DNA of 64,000 bases, from assembly GCA_963790025.1 (NCBI GenBank), contig CAWBMP010000005.1:575224-639223 (forward strand), in the 5' to 3' direction. Source of the stretch: Nitrospirota bacterium (lineage in GTDB: Bacteria; Nitrospirota; Thermodesulfovibrionia; Thermodesulfovibrionales; Dissulfurispiraceae). The position numbers and the translations under genes were made by a program. Shown here one piece after another: positions 31,088 through 41,018 of this stretch (its first letter is position 1; each line of letters opens with the position of its first letter). A model generated the notes under the pieces. The model had not been told where the DNA came from, ran no database searches, and saw nothing but the letters and a program-made list of their open reading frames with translations.

Positions 31088-31543
31088 ATGAAGAATTTAA
31101 CATTGATTGTTTTTGCTTTAACATCAAGCATAATTCTAAACGCTGCAATATGTGCTGCTGATATGAATGATGAATTAAGGTCATCGATACGCGATAACGA
31201 TATTGAAAAAGTTAAAGAGTTCATGGACAAGGGTGTAGATGTGGAGGCCAAAGACAGGTTTTTTGGTGCGACGCCGTTGATGCAAGCGGCGTTTGAAGGC
31301 AGGATTGAAATTGCACTGCTGTTGATACAGAAGGGTGCAGATGTCAATGCCAAAAACAAATTGGGTGCTACGCCACTGATGTATGCAGTGTCTGCCGGCC
31401 AAATAGAAACTGCTAGGATGCTGATAGAAAAAGGTGCAGATGTGAATGCCAGAGACAACGGGGACGAAACGGCCTTATCCAAGGCAGAAAAACAGGGCAG
31501 AAGTGCCGCCGTTGAATTGCTCAGGCAATATGGGGCCAGGTAA
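31088..31543 (+). CDS. Secreted ankyrin-repeat protein
   Basis: Signal peptide; repeated GATPLM.A..G..LLI.KGADVNA. Confidence 0.93.
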   Translation: MKNLTLIVFALTSSIILNAAICAADMNDELRSSIRDNDIEKVKEFMDKGVDVEAKDRFFGATPLMQAAFEGRIEIALLLIQKGADVNAKNKLGATPLMYAVSAGQIETARMLIEKGADVNARDNGDETALSKAEKQGRSAAVELLRQYGAR

Positions 31544-31568
31544 AAAAAAGAAATAAAGGAGGCGACCC

Positions 31569-32150
31569 ATGCCGGAAGGCCCGGAGATTGAGACTGAAAA
31601 GCTTGAAGAGACGATTAAAGAGGAACTCGATCGTGAAGGTGGAGCATTCCTGAAGCAGATTGCCATTACTACTGCAATCCTTGCTGTCCTGGCAGCCATT
31701 GCCTCACTCCAGGCCGGTACCACCGTCAATACAGCTCTCGCCCTAAAAACGGAAGCCGTGCGTCTCCAGTCGGAGGCATCGGACCAGTGGGCCTTTTACC
31801 AGGCAAAAGGGATAAAGGCGGCCATTCAGGAGGCCTCTCTCACCCCGTGGCTTGCCGGCAGAAAGGAACCACCTGCCCGGTACAAGGAAACGATCAAGCG
31901 TTACAGTGAAGAACAGGCAGCAATTCAAAACAAGGCGCTGCTAAAGGAGCATGAGAGGGACGAGCTGTTGAAGGATTCGGACCACCTTCTCCACAAACAC
32001 CATGGCTTTGCGAGTTCAGTTGCTCTTTTGCAGGTTTCGATCGCCTTAGGCGCTGTGTCGGCCCTGACACGCTTCAGGCTGATCTGGTTTGGCTCGATGT
32101 TAGTTGGCGGCATCGGCATAACAATTTTTGTATTGACCATGTTCCGCTGA
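31569..32150 (+). CDS. DUF4337-like membrane protein
   Basis: IAITTAILAVLAAIASL, ASDQWAFYQAKGIK, LLQVSIAL. Confidence 0.8.
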   Translation: MPEGPEIETEKLEETIKEELDREGGAFLKQIAITTAILAVLAAIASLQAGTTVNTALALKTEAVRLQSEASDQWAFYQAKGIKAAIQEASLTPWLAGRKEPPARYKETIKRYSEEQAAIQNKALLKEHERDELLKDSDHLLHKHHGFASSVALLQVSIALGAVSALTRFRLIWFGSMLVGGIGITIFVLTMFR

Positions 32151-32236
32151 ACAATATTACAGGTTGTAATCTGCTCAAATCATATAGATATCTCATGACC
32201 GATTTTTAAAAAGCGGGAATGTTTATGCTATAATTC

Positions 32237-32326
32237 ATGTATGAAAAGGAGATACCACAGAGATACCTTGAGATGGTCGAAGAGGCCGTGAAGATCGCTA
32301 AAGACTTCGTGCGCAAGCTGGGTTAG
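32237..32326 (+). CDS. Possible 29-aa small protein
   Basis: MYEKEIPQRYLEMVEEAVKIAKDFVRKLG*, amphipathic helix, just after TGCTATAAT. Confidence 0.35.
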   Translation: MYEKEIPQRYLEMVEEAVKIAKDFVRKLG

Positions 32327-32338
32327 TAGTCTGACAGA

Positions 32339-33871
32339 ATGGCTAAATACATACTTCCGCTGGTAATCATCGCTCTTCTCATGTCCTTTTTCAGGCTCGG
32401 ATTTGTTTCACTCTTTGACGTCGACGAGGCTGTGTTCTCAGCCGCTACCAAGGAGATGGTGCAGAGCGGCAATTGGATAACTCCAACCTATAACGGAGAA
32501 AACCGCTACGATAAGCCGGTCCTTTTTTACTGGCTCATGGCGGCCTCTTACAAGGCGTTAGGCGTTAATAACTTCTCTTCACGGTTCCCTTCCGCCCTTG
32601 CCGCTTCATGTCTGGTATTGGCGCTGTTCCTATTTGTAAGGCCATTCCATGGTGAGAAAAGGGCGTTCTATGCGGCACTTTCATTTGTCCTATCGCTCTA
32701 CTACCTTATTTATTCTCATGCTGCTGTTACAGATATGGTATTGACTCTGTTTATCAGCTTATCGCTGTTTTCCTTCTACCTGTTCACGGATAAGAAAACG
32801 CCCGGGTACCTGTACGGTTTTTACTCCTTTTCAGCACTCGCATTTCTTACAAAGGGATTAATAGGGATCGTCTTTCCTTTTGGTATAGCCCTTATTTATC
32901 TTTGCGCCACCGAAGGAAAGACAGGCATCAGAAATATAATTACCCTTAAAGGCATCGCTATTTTTCTGGTTCTGTCGGCCCCGTGGTACTCCGCTCAAAT
33001 CGCCATTAACGGGCGGGAATTTATCGACCAATTTTTTATAAAACATCACTTTAAGCGGTTCGCCGGGGTGATATCGGGCCATAGCGGACCGCTCTATTTT
33101 TACATTCCTGCTCTGCTTATCGGGCTTTTCCCCTGGGTGGCTTTCCTTCCATCAGGAATCAGGGCCGTTTTCAGGGAGAAAGACAGGCTCAATCTATTTG
33201 CCTTTATATGGGTTGCATTTATTGTGGTCTTTTTTTCATTGTCCACTACTAAGCTGCCGAATTATATTCTACCGGCTATTCCTGCGGCAGTGATACTAAT
33301 TGCTTCAGGTATGACGTCAGGAGAAAAGAGCTGGGACCGTTTTGCCTACCTGTTTATGGCGCTTCTAGCGGTTCTTCTGGGTTGCGGCTTTGTGCTTGCA
33401 AGGTCTTATCTGATTAAATATGGAATCCCGGCAGACGGCTGGCTGATGATCACGGGAGCTGTCATGGCTGCCGTGGCGGTGGTGGCCCTCTATACCAGTA
33501 TTACTAACAAGAATCCGTATCCTGTCCTTTGCGCCCTTCTTGGGCTCTTTATGGCAGTGTTGTTAGTGAAAGCACTACCTGCTGCCGACGGGTATCTCCA
33601 GGGCACATTGTACCGGTATAGTTTATATGCGAAAGAAAAACTTCTCCCTGATGAACGTATTATTGCATATGGCATAAACAAACCGAGTATTGTTTTTTAT
33701 TCAGGACATAAGATAATCAATGCCGGCAGTGAAAACGACCTGAAAGGGCTTATGGATAAAACACCGCATGCTTTTGTCATTGCAAAGACAAAAGACAGCG
33801 GGGTAATCGAATCCCTTGGGTTCAATGTTGTGGAGAGTGACGCGCAATATGCACTTTTTGAAAAAAAATAA
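32339..33871 (+). CDS. ArnT/PMT-like (GT39/GT83) glycosyltransferase
   Basis: LFDVDEA..EMVQSGNWITPTYNG..YDKPVLFYW; TKG; KLPNYILPA. Confidence 0.92.
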   Translation: MAKYILPLVIIALLMSFFRLGFVSLFDVDEAVFSAATKEMVQSGNWITPTYNGENRYDKPVLFYWLMAASYKALGVNNFSSRFPSALAASCLVLALFLFVRPFHGEKRAFYAALSFVLSLYYLIYSHAAVTDMVLTLFISLSLFSFYLFTDKKTPGYLYGFYSFSALAFLTKGLIGIVFPFGIALIYLCATEGKTGIRNIITLKGIAIFLVLSAPWYSAQIAINGREFIDQFFIKHHFKRFAGVISGHSGPLYFYIPALLIGLFPWVAFLPSGIRAVFREKDRLNLFAFIWVAFIVVFFSLSTTKLPNYILPAIPAAVILIASGMTSGEKSWDRFAYLFMALLAVLLGCGFVLARSYLIKYGIPADGWLMITGAVMAAVAVVALYTSITNKNPYPVLCALLGLFMAVLLVKALPAADGYLQGTLYRYSLYAKEKLLPDERIIAYGINKPSIVFYSGHKIINAGSENDLKGLMDKTPHAFVIAKTKDSGVIESLGFNVVESDAQYALFEKK

Positions 33872-34478
33872 AGGATTGTTGTGTTTGGGAACTCTCTTGC
33901 CCTTGTTTCTTGCCTCCCAGGACAAAGCAGTCATGGTATGGATGAAGTCCCTGGCCCAGGGTCACAATTCTTTTTACATGCAGTTAAGGCATTTTGATCC
34001 TTTCATAAATTTTATAGGTCATGGCACAACACTGCTTCTTGCTTCCTGCCTCCTTTTTATCATAGGGAAAAAATTCAGCGAAGGCATGTGCTATGCAGGT
34101 AAAGCGTTGGTGTTGAGTTTCTTTGCAGCAGGAATATCCGTCCAGGTGCTTAAGCACATCGTAGGAAGGGCGAGACCCAGGATTACGGAAAGCCTTATGA
34201 TTGCCGGTCCCTCGCTGAAGGGTGGATATGATTCTTTCCCATCCGGCCATTCGGCGGTCGTCTTCTGTTTTGCCTATTTTCTTTCACGTCAATTTCCCCG
34301 TTCCAGCATTATTTTCTATTGCATCGCTGGTATAATAGGCTTAATGAGGGTCGTAGACCTATCTCATTTCCCGTCTGACGTCGCGGCGGGGGCGGTCCTG
34401 GGTGTAATTGTGGGGAGGATATTGTCGGCAAAGGTATTTAACCCGGTTGTGGTTAACCCAAAAACAGCGGTCCCATAG
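33849..34478 (+). CDS. PAP2-family phosphatase
   Basis: K..VGRARP, SFPSGH, R...SHFPSDV. Confidence 0.92.
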   Translation: MHFLKKNKGLLCLGTLLPLFLASQDKAVMVWMKSLAQGHNSFYMQLRHFDPFINFIGHGTTLLLASCLLFIIGKKFSEGMCYAGKALVLSFFAAGISVQVLKHIVGRARPRITESLMIAGPSLKGGYDSFPSGHSAVVFCFAYFLSRQFPRSSIIFYCIAGIIGLMRVVDLSHFPSDVAAGAVLGVIVGRILSAKVFNPVVVNPKTAVP

Positions 34479-34491
34479 ATATGCCATACGG

Positions 34492-34884
34492 ATGAACGAG
34501 GAAGAAAAAAATAAATCAAAAATTTCTAACCGCCGCGTACATATGGCCAACGAGCGGACCTTCCTGGCGTGGATAAGGACCAGTATAGGGATAATGGCAT
34601 TCGGTTTTGTTGTTGAAAAGTTTGCTCTTTTTGTAAGGCAATTATATTTGGTCCTCGGGAAAGGGGTCGTTCCTCCAACTCCGGGATATTCTTCCATATT
34701 CGGGGCCGTGCTTGTCGGTTTTGGAGCACTGATGGGGGTGCTTGCCTTTGCACGGTTTAGAAAAATTGAAAAACAGATCGATAGTGATACTTACCAGCCT
34801 TCGATGCTGCTTGATATAATGGCCACACTATCTATCCTTGCCATAGCTGTCTTTCTTGTTATCTATTTGCTGCACAGCATGTAG
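34492..34884 (+). CDS. YidH/DUF202 membrane protein
   Basis: HMANERTFLAWIRTSIGIMAFGF. Confidence 0.92.
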   Translation: MNEEEKNKSKISNRRVHMANERTFLAWIRTSIGIMAFGFVVEKFALFVRQLYLVLGKGVVPPTPGYSSIFGAVLVGFGALMGVLAFARFRKIEKQIDSDTYQPSMLLDIMATLSILAIAVFLVIYLLHSM

Positions 34885-34892
34885 ACGTATGA

Positions 34893-35061
34893 GGTAGTTG
34901 GTCAGTTTGTTTTTGCTCTGGCTCAAATAGTCTTTCGTTTCCAATCAATGGCATGTACTGAAGATTGCTTTGGATCCCTTTCTCGATATGTGGGGCGGGC
35001 GTTACCGCCCCACTGCTGAGAACTCCGGTGATCCAGAGCAAAAACAAACTGACCAACTGCC
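34893..35061 (-). repeat. Copy B (complete) of ~170-bp palindromic element
   Basis: ~33-bp arms GGCAGTTGGTCAGTTTGTTTTTGCTCTGGATCA / TGAGCCAGAGCAAAAACAAACTGACCAACTACC. Confidence 0.92.
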
Positions 35062-35131
35062 TAGTATTAAGTGCTCTATTTAAGTTTTACGTGATATAAT
35101 TATCATACCTAATCAATCAGGAGGAGTTTTT

Positions 35132-35593
35132 ATGGGCAAGATAAGTTTGTTGTACGTGGTTTCTTTTTGTTTGCTGTTATGCGCGGCGCCGGCCATGGCT
35201 GAGATTAATTGGTTGAAGCTTGACGAGGGCAAGAGTCTGTCTGCGAGTGAGGGGAAGCCTATTATCATCGATTTTTTCTTCGGAAAGGGATGTCCTCGCT
35301 GTGAGAATCTGGACAAAAAAGTGTATCATAATCCTGACATTGCCAAAAAAATAACGGATGATTTTATACCGGTGCGTGTAGATCTCACTAAGAAACTTAC
35401 AGAGCAGGAGACTGCTCTCGGGAACCAGTACAATTTCAGAAACGACTGTCTCCTGCTTTTTCTTGATCATAAAGGCAATATAATCAAGGATAGTGGTGGA
35501 AAAAACCTTTGTTTCGCCAGGGAGATAGAACCGGAGCAGTTTATACTATATCTCGACTATATCAAGGAAGAATATAAGGAACACAAGTTTTAA
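35132..35593 (+). CDS. Secreted thioredoxin-fold protein
   Basis: Signal peptide; GKPIIIDF..GCPRC; FIPVRVD. Confidence 0.88.
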   Translation: MGKISLLYVVSFCLLLCAAPAMAEINWLKLDEGKSLSASEGKPIIIDFFFGKGCPRCENLDKKVYHNPDIAKKITDDFIPVRVDLTKKLTEQETALGNQYNFRNDCLLLFLDHKGNIIKDSGGKNLCFAREIEPEQFILYLDYIKEEYKEHKF

Positions 35594-35615
35594 CTGCAAC
35601 CTTGCCGGATATGAG

Positions 35616-36389
35616 TCAAGCCGGGCTTGTCTTCCTTTGGATATCTCTATCTATTAATTTCCGGCAGTGGACTGCGGAGTTTACATGCGCCAGAATAAGG
35701 TCTGTATAGCCGTTTGAGCGGAAACTGTCAAGGACCTCTTTTGGCAGGGCGCAGAATTTCTGCGCATTCACAACGTGCAGGAAAAGCTTTTCTCCTCTGT
35801 GATCGCAGCAGCCTACCGAAATCAAATCATGCTTGACCAGCGTCTCAACAAATGTTTGTGTCTCTTCGGCAGCTTCAGCTACGCTCATCGCTGGTTTGAT
35901 ACATTCCTGATAAATAACAGGGTTTATGGAGCCGTCCGGCATGAAGATGGAAGCCCCGGATTCATCGGAAAGTCCAGGGCAGGAAGGCTTTAACGCTATG
36001 CAATATTCGCCGGCCTGATCTCTCACCATGCAAAAGGGGAATTGCTTGCATGAGAGTGGTCTTTCTTCGCCGAGAGAGCATCCTACTCCCTCGTTCAAAT
36101 AAAAACAGGGTGTCTTCTCCAGCGCTGTTCTCAGCAAAACGACGAGAGAAATCTCCTTTTTTTCGCCGGGGCGGACCAGCACATTAAAAGTAAGAGGAAA
36201 ATACTGCGATAGATGGAAGACCTCGTGAATAAAAATCCTGGCCTGCTGGAACCTCAAGCCGCAACAAGAATCCCGGCAATTGGCCCCGACACAGCGCCAT
36301 CTTCTGTTTCTGTCTCTAAGGGAGTCGAGTAGTTCGATCTCTTCTTTCAGAGGCTGTTCATGAGGAATTACATTTTCCTCCATATACAT
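35616..36389 (-). CDS. YkgJ-like cysteine-cluster (Zn/Fe-chelating) protein
   Basis: C...C..SCCG; PCFYL..GCS...ERPLSCKQFPF; CPG. Confidence 0.75.
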   Translation of the reverse strand: MYMEENVIPHEQPLKEEIELLDSLRDRNRRWRCVGANCRDSCCGLRFQQARIFIHEVFHLSQYFPLTFNVLVRPGEKKEISLVVLLRTALEKTPCFYLNEGVGCSLGEERPLSCKQFPFCMVRDQAGEYCIALKPSCPGLSDESGASIFMPDGSINPVIYQECIKPAMSVAEAAEETQTFVETLVKHDLISVGCCDHRGEKLFLHVVNAQKFCALPKEVLDSFRSNGYTDLILAHVNSAVHCRKLIDRDIQRKTSPA

Positions 36390-36494
36390 CTCCCCATAAC
36401 AAGAGAACGGTATGACGCACCGTTCCCGTTTGTATTATAACAGAACTGCAGGCAGGTCTTCAGCCGGAAGGAAATTGCGGTATTGGGTCATTAG

Positions 36495-36605
36495 TACGTA
36501 CTGAAGATTACTTTGACAGCCCTTTCTTGATATGTGGTCAGTGCGTTACCCGCCCACTGTTGATAACCCAAATGATCCAGAGCAAAAACAAAATAACCCG
36601 CTACC
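36495..36605 (-). repeat. Copy C of ~170-bp palindromic element (right arm missing)
   Basis: Minus strand GGTAGCGGGTTATTTTGTTTTTGCTCTGGATCA..CAACAGTGGGCGGGTAACG..CACATATCAAGAAAGG..AATCTTCAGTAC. Confidence 0.88.
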
Positions 36606-36690
36606 GTTTCCCTCAAACGCTCAAATATTGTATAGTTTGAATACGCGATAAGATATCGCAGATCGCCATAGCACATAAGGGGTGGTAAGC

Positions 36691-37176
36691 ATGAAAAACA
36701 TTTTCTCGGGAGCAATGAGTGGAGCACTGGCATTATCTTTTTTGATGACGGCGTTAGGTTCATATGCCCACGGCGACCAGGCTAAGCTGGTATTCACAAA
36801 ACACTTTAAGGAAAGCCTCTTTGATGTTACTAAAAAGGCCGAATTCAGTGTGGAGATTTTGTTGGACGACAAAGAATATAAGATCGGCAAGGACGTGATC
36901 GGCATCGTAGTGCATAATTCTCATAATCAAGACGTGGAGAAGGCAGACATTACTATCGACTTTAGTAATGCCGATACCGGCGAGCTCGCTGCCCAGACGC
37001 CTGTTGTGAAAGAAAAGGGCAGAGGTCTTTATATCGTGTCAAATCTTGATATTAAAAAAGATGGCCGGTGGAAGTTGACGATAACGGTCAGGAAAGATGG
37101 CCTTGAGGACAGTGCGCAATTTCTTTTTCCCGAGGTGTTAAAGAATCGATGGCCGGCCGGAAAGTATAATCCTTAG
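36691..37176 (+). CDS. Secreted FixH/YtkA-like Ig-fold protein
   Basis: Signal peptide ending AYA-HG; EKGRGLY..GRWKLTITV pattern. Confidence 0.65.
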   Translation: MKNIFSGAMSGALALSFLMTALGSYAHGDQAKLVFTKHFKESLFDVTKKAEFSVEILLDDKEYKIGKDVIGIVVHNSHNQDVEKADITIDFSNADTGELAAQTPVVKEKGRGLYIVSNLDIKKDGRWKLTITVRKDGLEDSAQFLFPEVLKNRWPAGKYNP

Positions 37177-37220
37177 GGGTGGACGTTACAGCAACTAATT
37201 GTTCATAATAGAAGATTCGT

Positions 37221-37308
37221 GGAGAGGTGCCAGAGCGGTTGAATGGGGCGGTCTCGAAAACCGTTGTGGGATTATGTCTCACCCAGGGTTCGAATCCCTG
37301 CCTCTCCG
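37221..37308 (+). tRNA. tRNA-Ser (CGA)
   Basis: GGAGAGG/CCTCTCC acceptor stem, CT-CGA-AA loop, long variable arm, GGTTCGAATCC; CCA not encoded (followed by TCA). Confidence 0.97.
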
Positions 37309-37470
37309 TCAGTTTTAACTGCGTTTGTGACATCCCATTTGCGGGGCCGGTCGGCCTTGGTATATCAATCAGTTACCTCACGACTGCGGTCCATATGCCA
37401 GTATTTTCAATTACATCCTTCATATGTTATATTAAAGCGAAAAATGACAGAGGTATATAACGGAGTGGAA

Positions 37471-38959
37471 ATGAGAAAATCAGGCTTGTTGTTCTCTATT
37501 TTGTTCCTGTTCTGTTTTTTGTCCTCCTCATTTGCCGATACTAATCCGGCCGCGAAAAAAAGCCCACCGGCGGCTGCCAGTGCAGCGGAGCATAAGACAG
37601 AAAGCGAGGGGGCGGATATTGTACTGCTCATTGACAGCTCCGGGAGCATGAAGAAGACCGATCCGCATGACTACAGAAAAACCGCCGCGAAACTTTTTAT
37701 ATCCCTCCTGGGCAGAGATGACCGGGCAGGTATTGTGAGTTTCGGCGAAAACGCAAAGCTTCTGTTGCCTCTTACGCAAAACACGGGAAAAGAACCGTGA
37801 CAAATTTTTCTCCGCTATAAACAGGATATCATCCAGGGAATTATTTACCAATATTTATGACGGGGTAAAAAAGGGGTTCGATGAGCTAAAAGCCTCCGCG
37901 AGCAAAAAGAAAGTATTGGTACTTATGTCGGATGGACAAATTGACCTCGGCTCAAAAGAGAGAGATGCGGCCGCAACTGAGGCCCTTTCCCAATTGCTTC
38001 CGGAACTGGCAAAATCCCAAATTTTGCTTTCTTCGATAGCCTTTAGCGAATTGGCCGATGCACGATTTCTTGAGGACCTTGCAAGGGCTGGAGGCGGCTT
38101 CTTTAAGCTCGCCTTCACTGATCAGGATATTCATATTATTTTTGCCTCGATGTTTGAGAAAATCAAAGCTCCCGACACGGTGCCTTTTGACGGGGACTCA
38201 TTCAGCATCGATAAGGACATAAAGGAGGCGACAGTTTTTGTTACCAAGAAAGCGGGGACAACGACATCCTTGACAGAGCCATCCGGCAAGAAAAACACCC
38301 CGGTAAAGTTCGAACGGAACATCCGGTGGTATGGGACGAAACTTTTCGATTTGATAACAATTACCGGACCTGCCCCTGGAAAGTGGAGGGTAAACTTAAG
38401 TACAAAAGAGGGGAACAGGGTTTATGTCATAACCAATCTTACCCTCAAGAGTTCGTTCAACAGTAATTTTGTGAATAAGAATGATAAAGTGAGGGCAGAC
38501 GTATGGCTTGAGAAAGACGGCGGCCTGATTAAAGAAAAGGATGTCCTCGATCAGATATCATTCTCGGCTGATTTGATCGGTCCGGATGGCAAGCCGTTCA
38601 AAATCAGCCCTCAAAGCGGCCGCGAACCGGGTGTAACGACATTTGAATTCGTTGTCCCTATAACCGGTGATTATGCTCTTACTCTCACGGCTGATGGCAA
38701 AATATTCAAGCGCGCCAAGACGATCCAGTTTAAGGTCGTCGTGCCGGCTCCGGCAGCGCAGTCTGTGCAGAAAACCCCACCGGCGCCTGAGCCGATCAAA
38801 AAGCCCGCACCCCCTGTAAACAGTTGGGGGCCGACGCTGATAAAGTTTGGTATTCTCAACGGAGTGCTGCTCGCCGCAGCCGGTGTCTTCTTTTTGATTA
38901 AGAAAGTTAAGGAAAAGGCAAGCAACAAAAAAAAGACGAAAAGTAAAGGTAAAAAATGA
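37471..38959 (+). pseudogene. Exported VWA-domain protein with C-terminal membrane anchor, interrupted by a +1 frameshift near 37786-37792
   Basis: Signal peptide and MIDAS DSSGSM in one frame; continuation NRDKFF..TNIYDGV..LMSDG in the next frame; Pro-rich linker, TM, Lys tail. Confidence 0.8.
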
Positions 38960-39031
38960 GACAGGCAAGGCAGAGACAGAATCTTGCATTTGTATGTGTC
39001 CTGTGCCGGACCTTTATGGGGTACCAACAAA

Positions 39032-39904
39032 ATGATAAAACTTGATCCCTTTTATTTTTTATCAGCGATAGAGCTTGCCCTGGTATTGTCAGTGCTTTCT
39101 CTTTTCCTATTTTTCAGGAACAGGAAGTACAAAGACCTGTACGAGAAAACACTGCGAAAATTAAACGACCTCCAAAGCAAAGAGAACACCGAGACATATA
39201 TTAGTCAGCATCGGGCAGCGGAGGCCCCTCCGGTGAACCTGCCTGAAGAACCGCCCATAGATATAACCAAAGATATTTTTGACCGGCAACTAACCGATTC
39301 GGTCTTCACGGAATCTCCAGATACAGATGAAACATCTTCTGACCAGTTGAGCCGCCTGCAAAGGATGGTTAATTTTCAGAAAAAAGCCATACTTGAATTG
39401 ATGTGCTACAAGGATATCTTCGAGAGTGCCAGAAGCCGTTTGAATAGCCTTAGTCAGAGCAACTATGATTTGCAGGAAAGGATAAGGGGACTGCTGGAAG
39501 GAGGGATGGATGGCGTGGGGGTTGGAGAGGCTATCACTGCGTTAGAAACAAACAACCACGAACTGGAAAAGTTCATTACTATCCTTGACAGGGAGAACAC
39601 AACGCTTTCCGGGAAGTTTCATATATGGGAAGAGAAGTTCAAGCGCATTGCCGAGGATGCGAAAGAGAGCAGCGACAACCAAGTTCCGGACGATGTTAAA
39701 TACTCCCAGGTTGCGGACGATGTCAGGCACACCGAGGTAACGCAGGAAAAAGAAGAGCTGCTGTCCAGGATAAAGGAATTCGAGGAAAAAATCGAAGAAA
39801 AGGATAAAAGCCTCGAATCAATGCAAGCTCAGTACGAAGACCTGGAAAAGGAATATATGATTCTTTACCGGCAGCAGCAGGCACAGGAGCAGAAACAGCC
39901 CTAA
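39032..39904 (+). CDS. Membrane-anchored coiled-coil protein
   Basis: N-terminal TM; long E/K/Q heptad regions. Confidence 0.75.
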   Translation: MIKLDPFYFLSAIELALVLSVLSLFLFFRNRKYKDLYEKTLRKLNDLQSKENTETYISQHRAAEAPPVNLPEEPPIDITKDIFDRQLTDSVFTESPDTDETSSDQLSRLQRMVNFQKKAILELMCYKDIFESARSRLNSLSQSNYDLQERIRGLLEGGMDGVGVGEAITALETNNHELEKFITILDRENTTLSGKFHIWEEKFKRIAEDAKESSDNQVPDDVKYSQVADDVRHTEVTQEKEELLSRIKEFEEKIEEKDKSLESMQAQYEDLEKEYMILYRQQQAQEQKQP

Positions 39905-39926
39905 ATACCGAAATAAAAAATCAAAG

Positions 39927-40976
39927 CTATCTCGCTGTCCTTTTCTCGGCTTGTTTTCTGTCTCTTGAAGGAGCGGCATGAGCTTTTAAATAATGCGCGG
40001 CTTTCTTATTGCCTAATTGAGCGGCCTTTCTCATGTCCCGGTACGCCCTGTTTTTATTGCCCATGTCGTTGTGGATCGTAGCTCTCTGATAATATGAGTA
40101 TGCGTAATTTGGACTGTATTTGACTGCCCGATCAGCTTCTGCCAAAGCCCTGTTCCTGTCTCCCGTTTTCTGGAAAACAACCGCTCTGTTCAGGTATGCC
40201 CGTTTTCGATATTTGGGGTCCAGTTTGGCCGCAATGGACAACTCTTCAAGTGCTCTCCTGCGGTCATTCATCCTTAAATATACAAAGCTTCTTGCTATGT
40301 TAATGCCTGGATCACGCACAGGACTGATTACTTGAGCTTCGTTCAGCAGGACCAATGCGGTCTGATACTGTCCGGCGTTATAATAAGTCCAACTGTTTTG
40401 CACAAGGTCCAGTGCCTTCACCTGGTTGATCGTATAAACATATCGGTCCTGATATTGTCCCTGATTCTGCCCCTGATATTGCCCTTGATCCTGCTCCTGT
40501 GCCCCCAAGGAGGCTACCTCCGATTTCAAGTCCTCCACTTCCTTTAATAACTCGTCAATCTTTTCCTTGGTAGCTTCAAGCTCGGCAACCTGGCTCTGAT
40601 CCTGCAACACTTTGTTTATTGCCCGGGCTACCTCGTCGGGGTCGACAGTACACCTGGCCTTCATATAATAGGTTTTACCGTCCCATGATTCTTTTTCTAT
40701 GTCGGCTCCCACAATTCCTGCAGTTACGGCAGTTATCTGATCGGATGACGACTGGTAATCATTAACTATAGTAGTGCTCGAAACGTAGGTCCCAACTTGT
40801 TCGAGAACAAGTCTTTTTACCTGTTCCATGGCAATAGCCCTGCTGGAAACCTTGCTGTCAAGCTCACTTGCCTGGTAGTAGTATTCCTTTTCGATAGTTA
40901 CAAGATTGGCGGACGCTTCGTTGCCGGTAGATGCAATAATTAACAAAATGAAAAAAACTTTAACTAACCTTGGCAC
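39927..40976 (-). CDS. Secreted TPR-repeat protein
   Basis: Signal peptide; coiled coil; QGQY repeats; TPR-like AYLNRA..A...D.AVK..P.YA.SYYQRA; DMRKAAQLGN. Confidence 0.85.
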   Translation of the reverse strand: MPRLVKVFFILLIIASTGNEASANLVTIEKEYYYQASELDSKVSSRAIAMEQVKRLVLEQVGTYVSSTTIVNDYQSSSDQITAVTAGIVGADIEKESWDGKTYYMKARCTVDPDEVARAINKVLQDQSQVAELEATKEKIDELLKEVEDLKSEVASLGAQEQDQGQYQGQNQGQYQDRYVYTINQVKALDLVQNSWTYYNAGQYQTALVLLNEAQVISPVRDPGINIARSFVYLRMNDRRRALEELSIAAKLDPKYRKRAYLNRAVVFQKTGDRNRALAEADRAVKYSPNYAYSYYQRATIHNDMGNKNRAYRDMRKAAQLGNKKAAHYLKAHAAPSRDRKQAEKRTAR

Positions 40977-41018
40977 TAACTTTCACCCTCAACTGGAATT
41001 GCCTGCCCCGCCTCAAAA

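Noticed and set aside
34859..35056. ORFs through the 170-bp repeat giving similar peptides (SGAVT..HIEK..NLQYMP..RLF.PE) at 16.4, 34.9 and 49.0 kb
   Set aside because: Substitutions between copies B and D fall at all codon positions, copy A has indels, and there is no shared start or RBS; the similarity is a by-product of the DNA repeat
37227..37460. ORFs over tRNA-Ser (37088-37333, 37227-37460) and over tRNA/ffs (62045-62308, 62112-62360)
   Set aside because: They overlap clear RNA genes and are spurious translations
37798..37800. TGA in the VWA gene as selenocysteine or readthrough
   Set aside because: The continuation is in a different frame, so a frameshift is required
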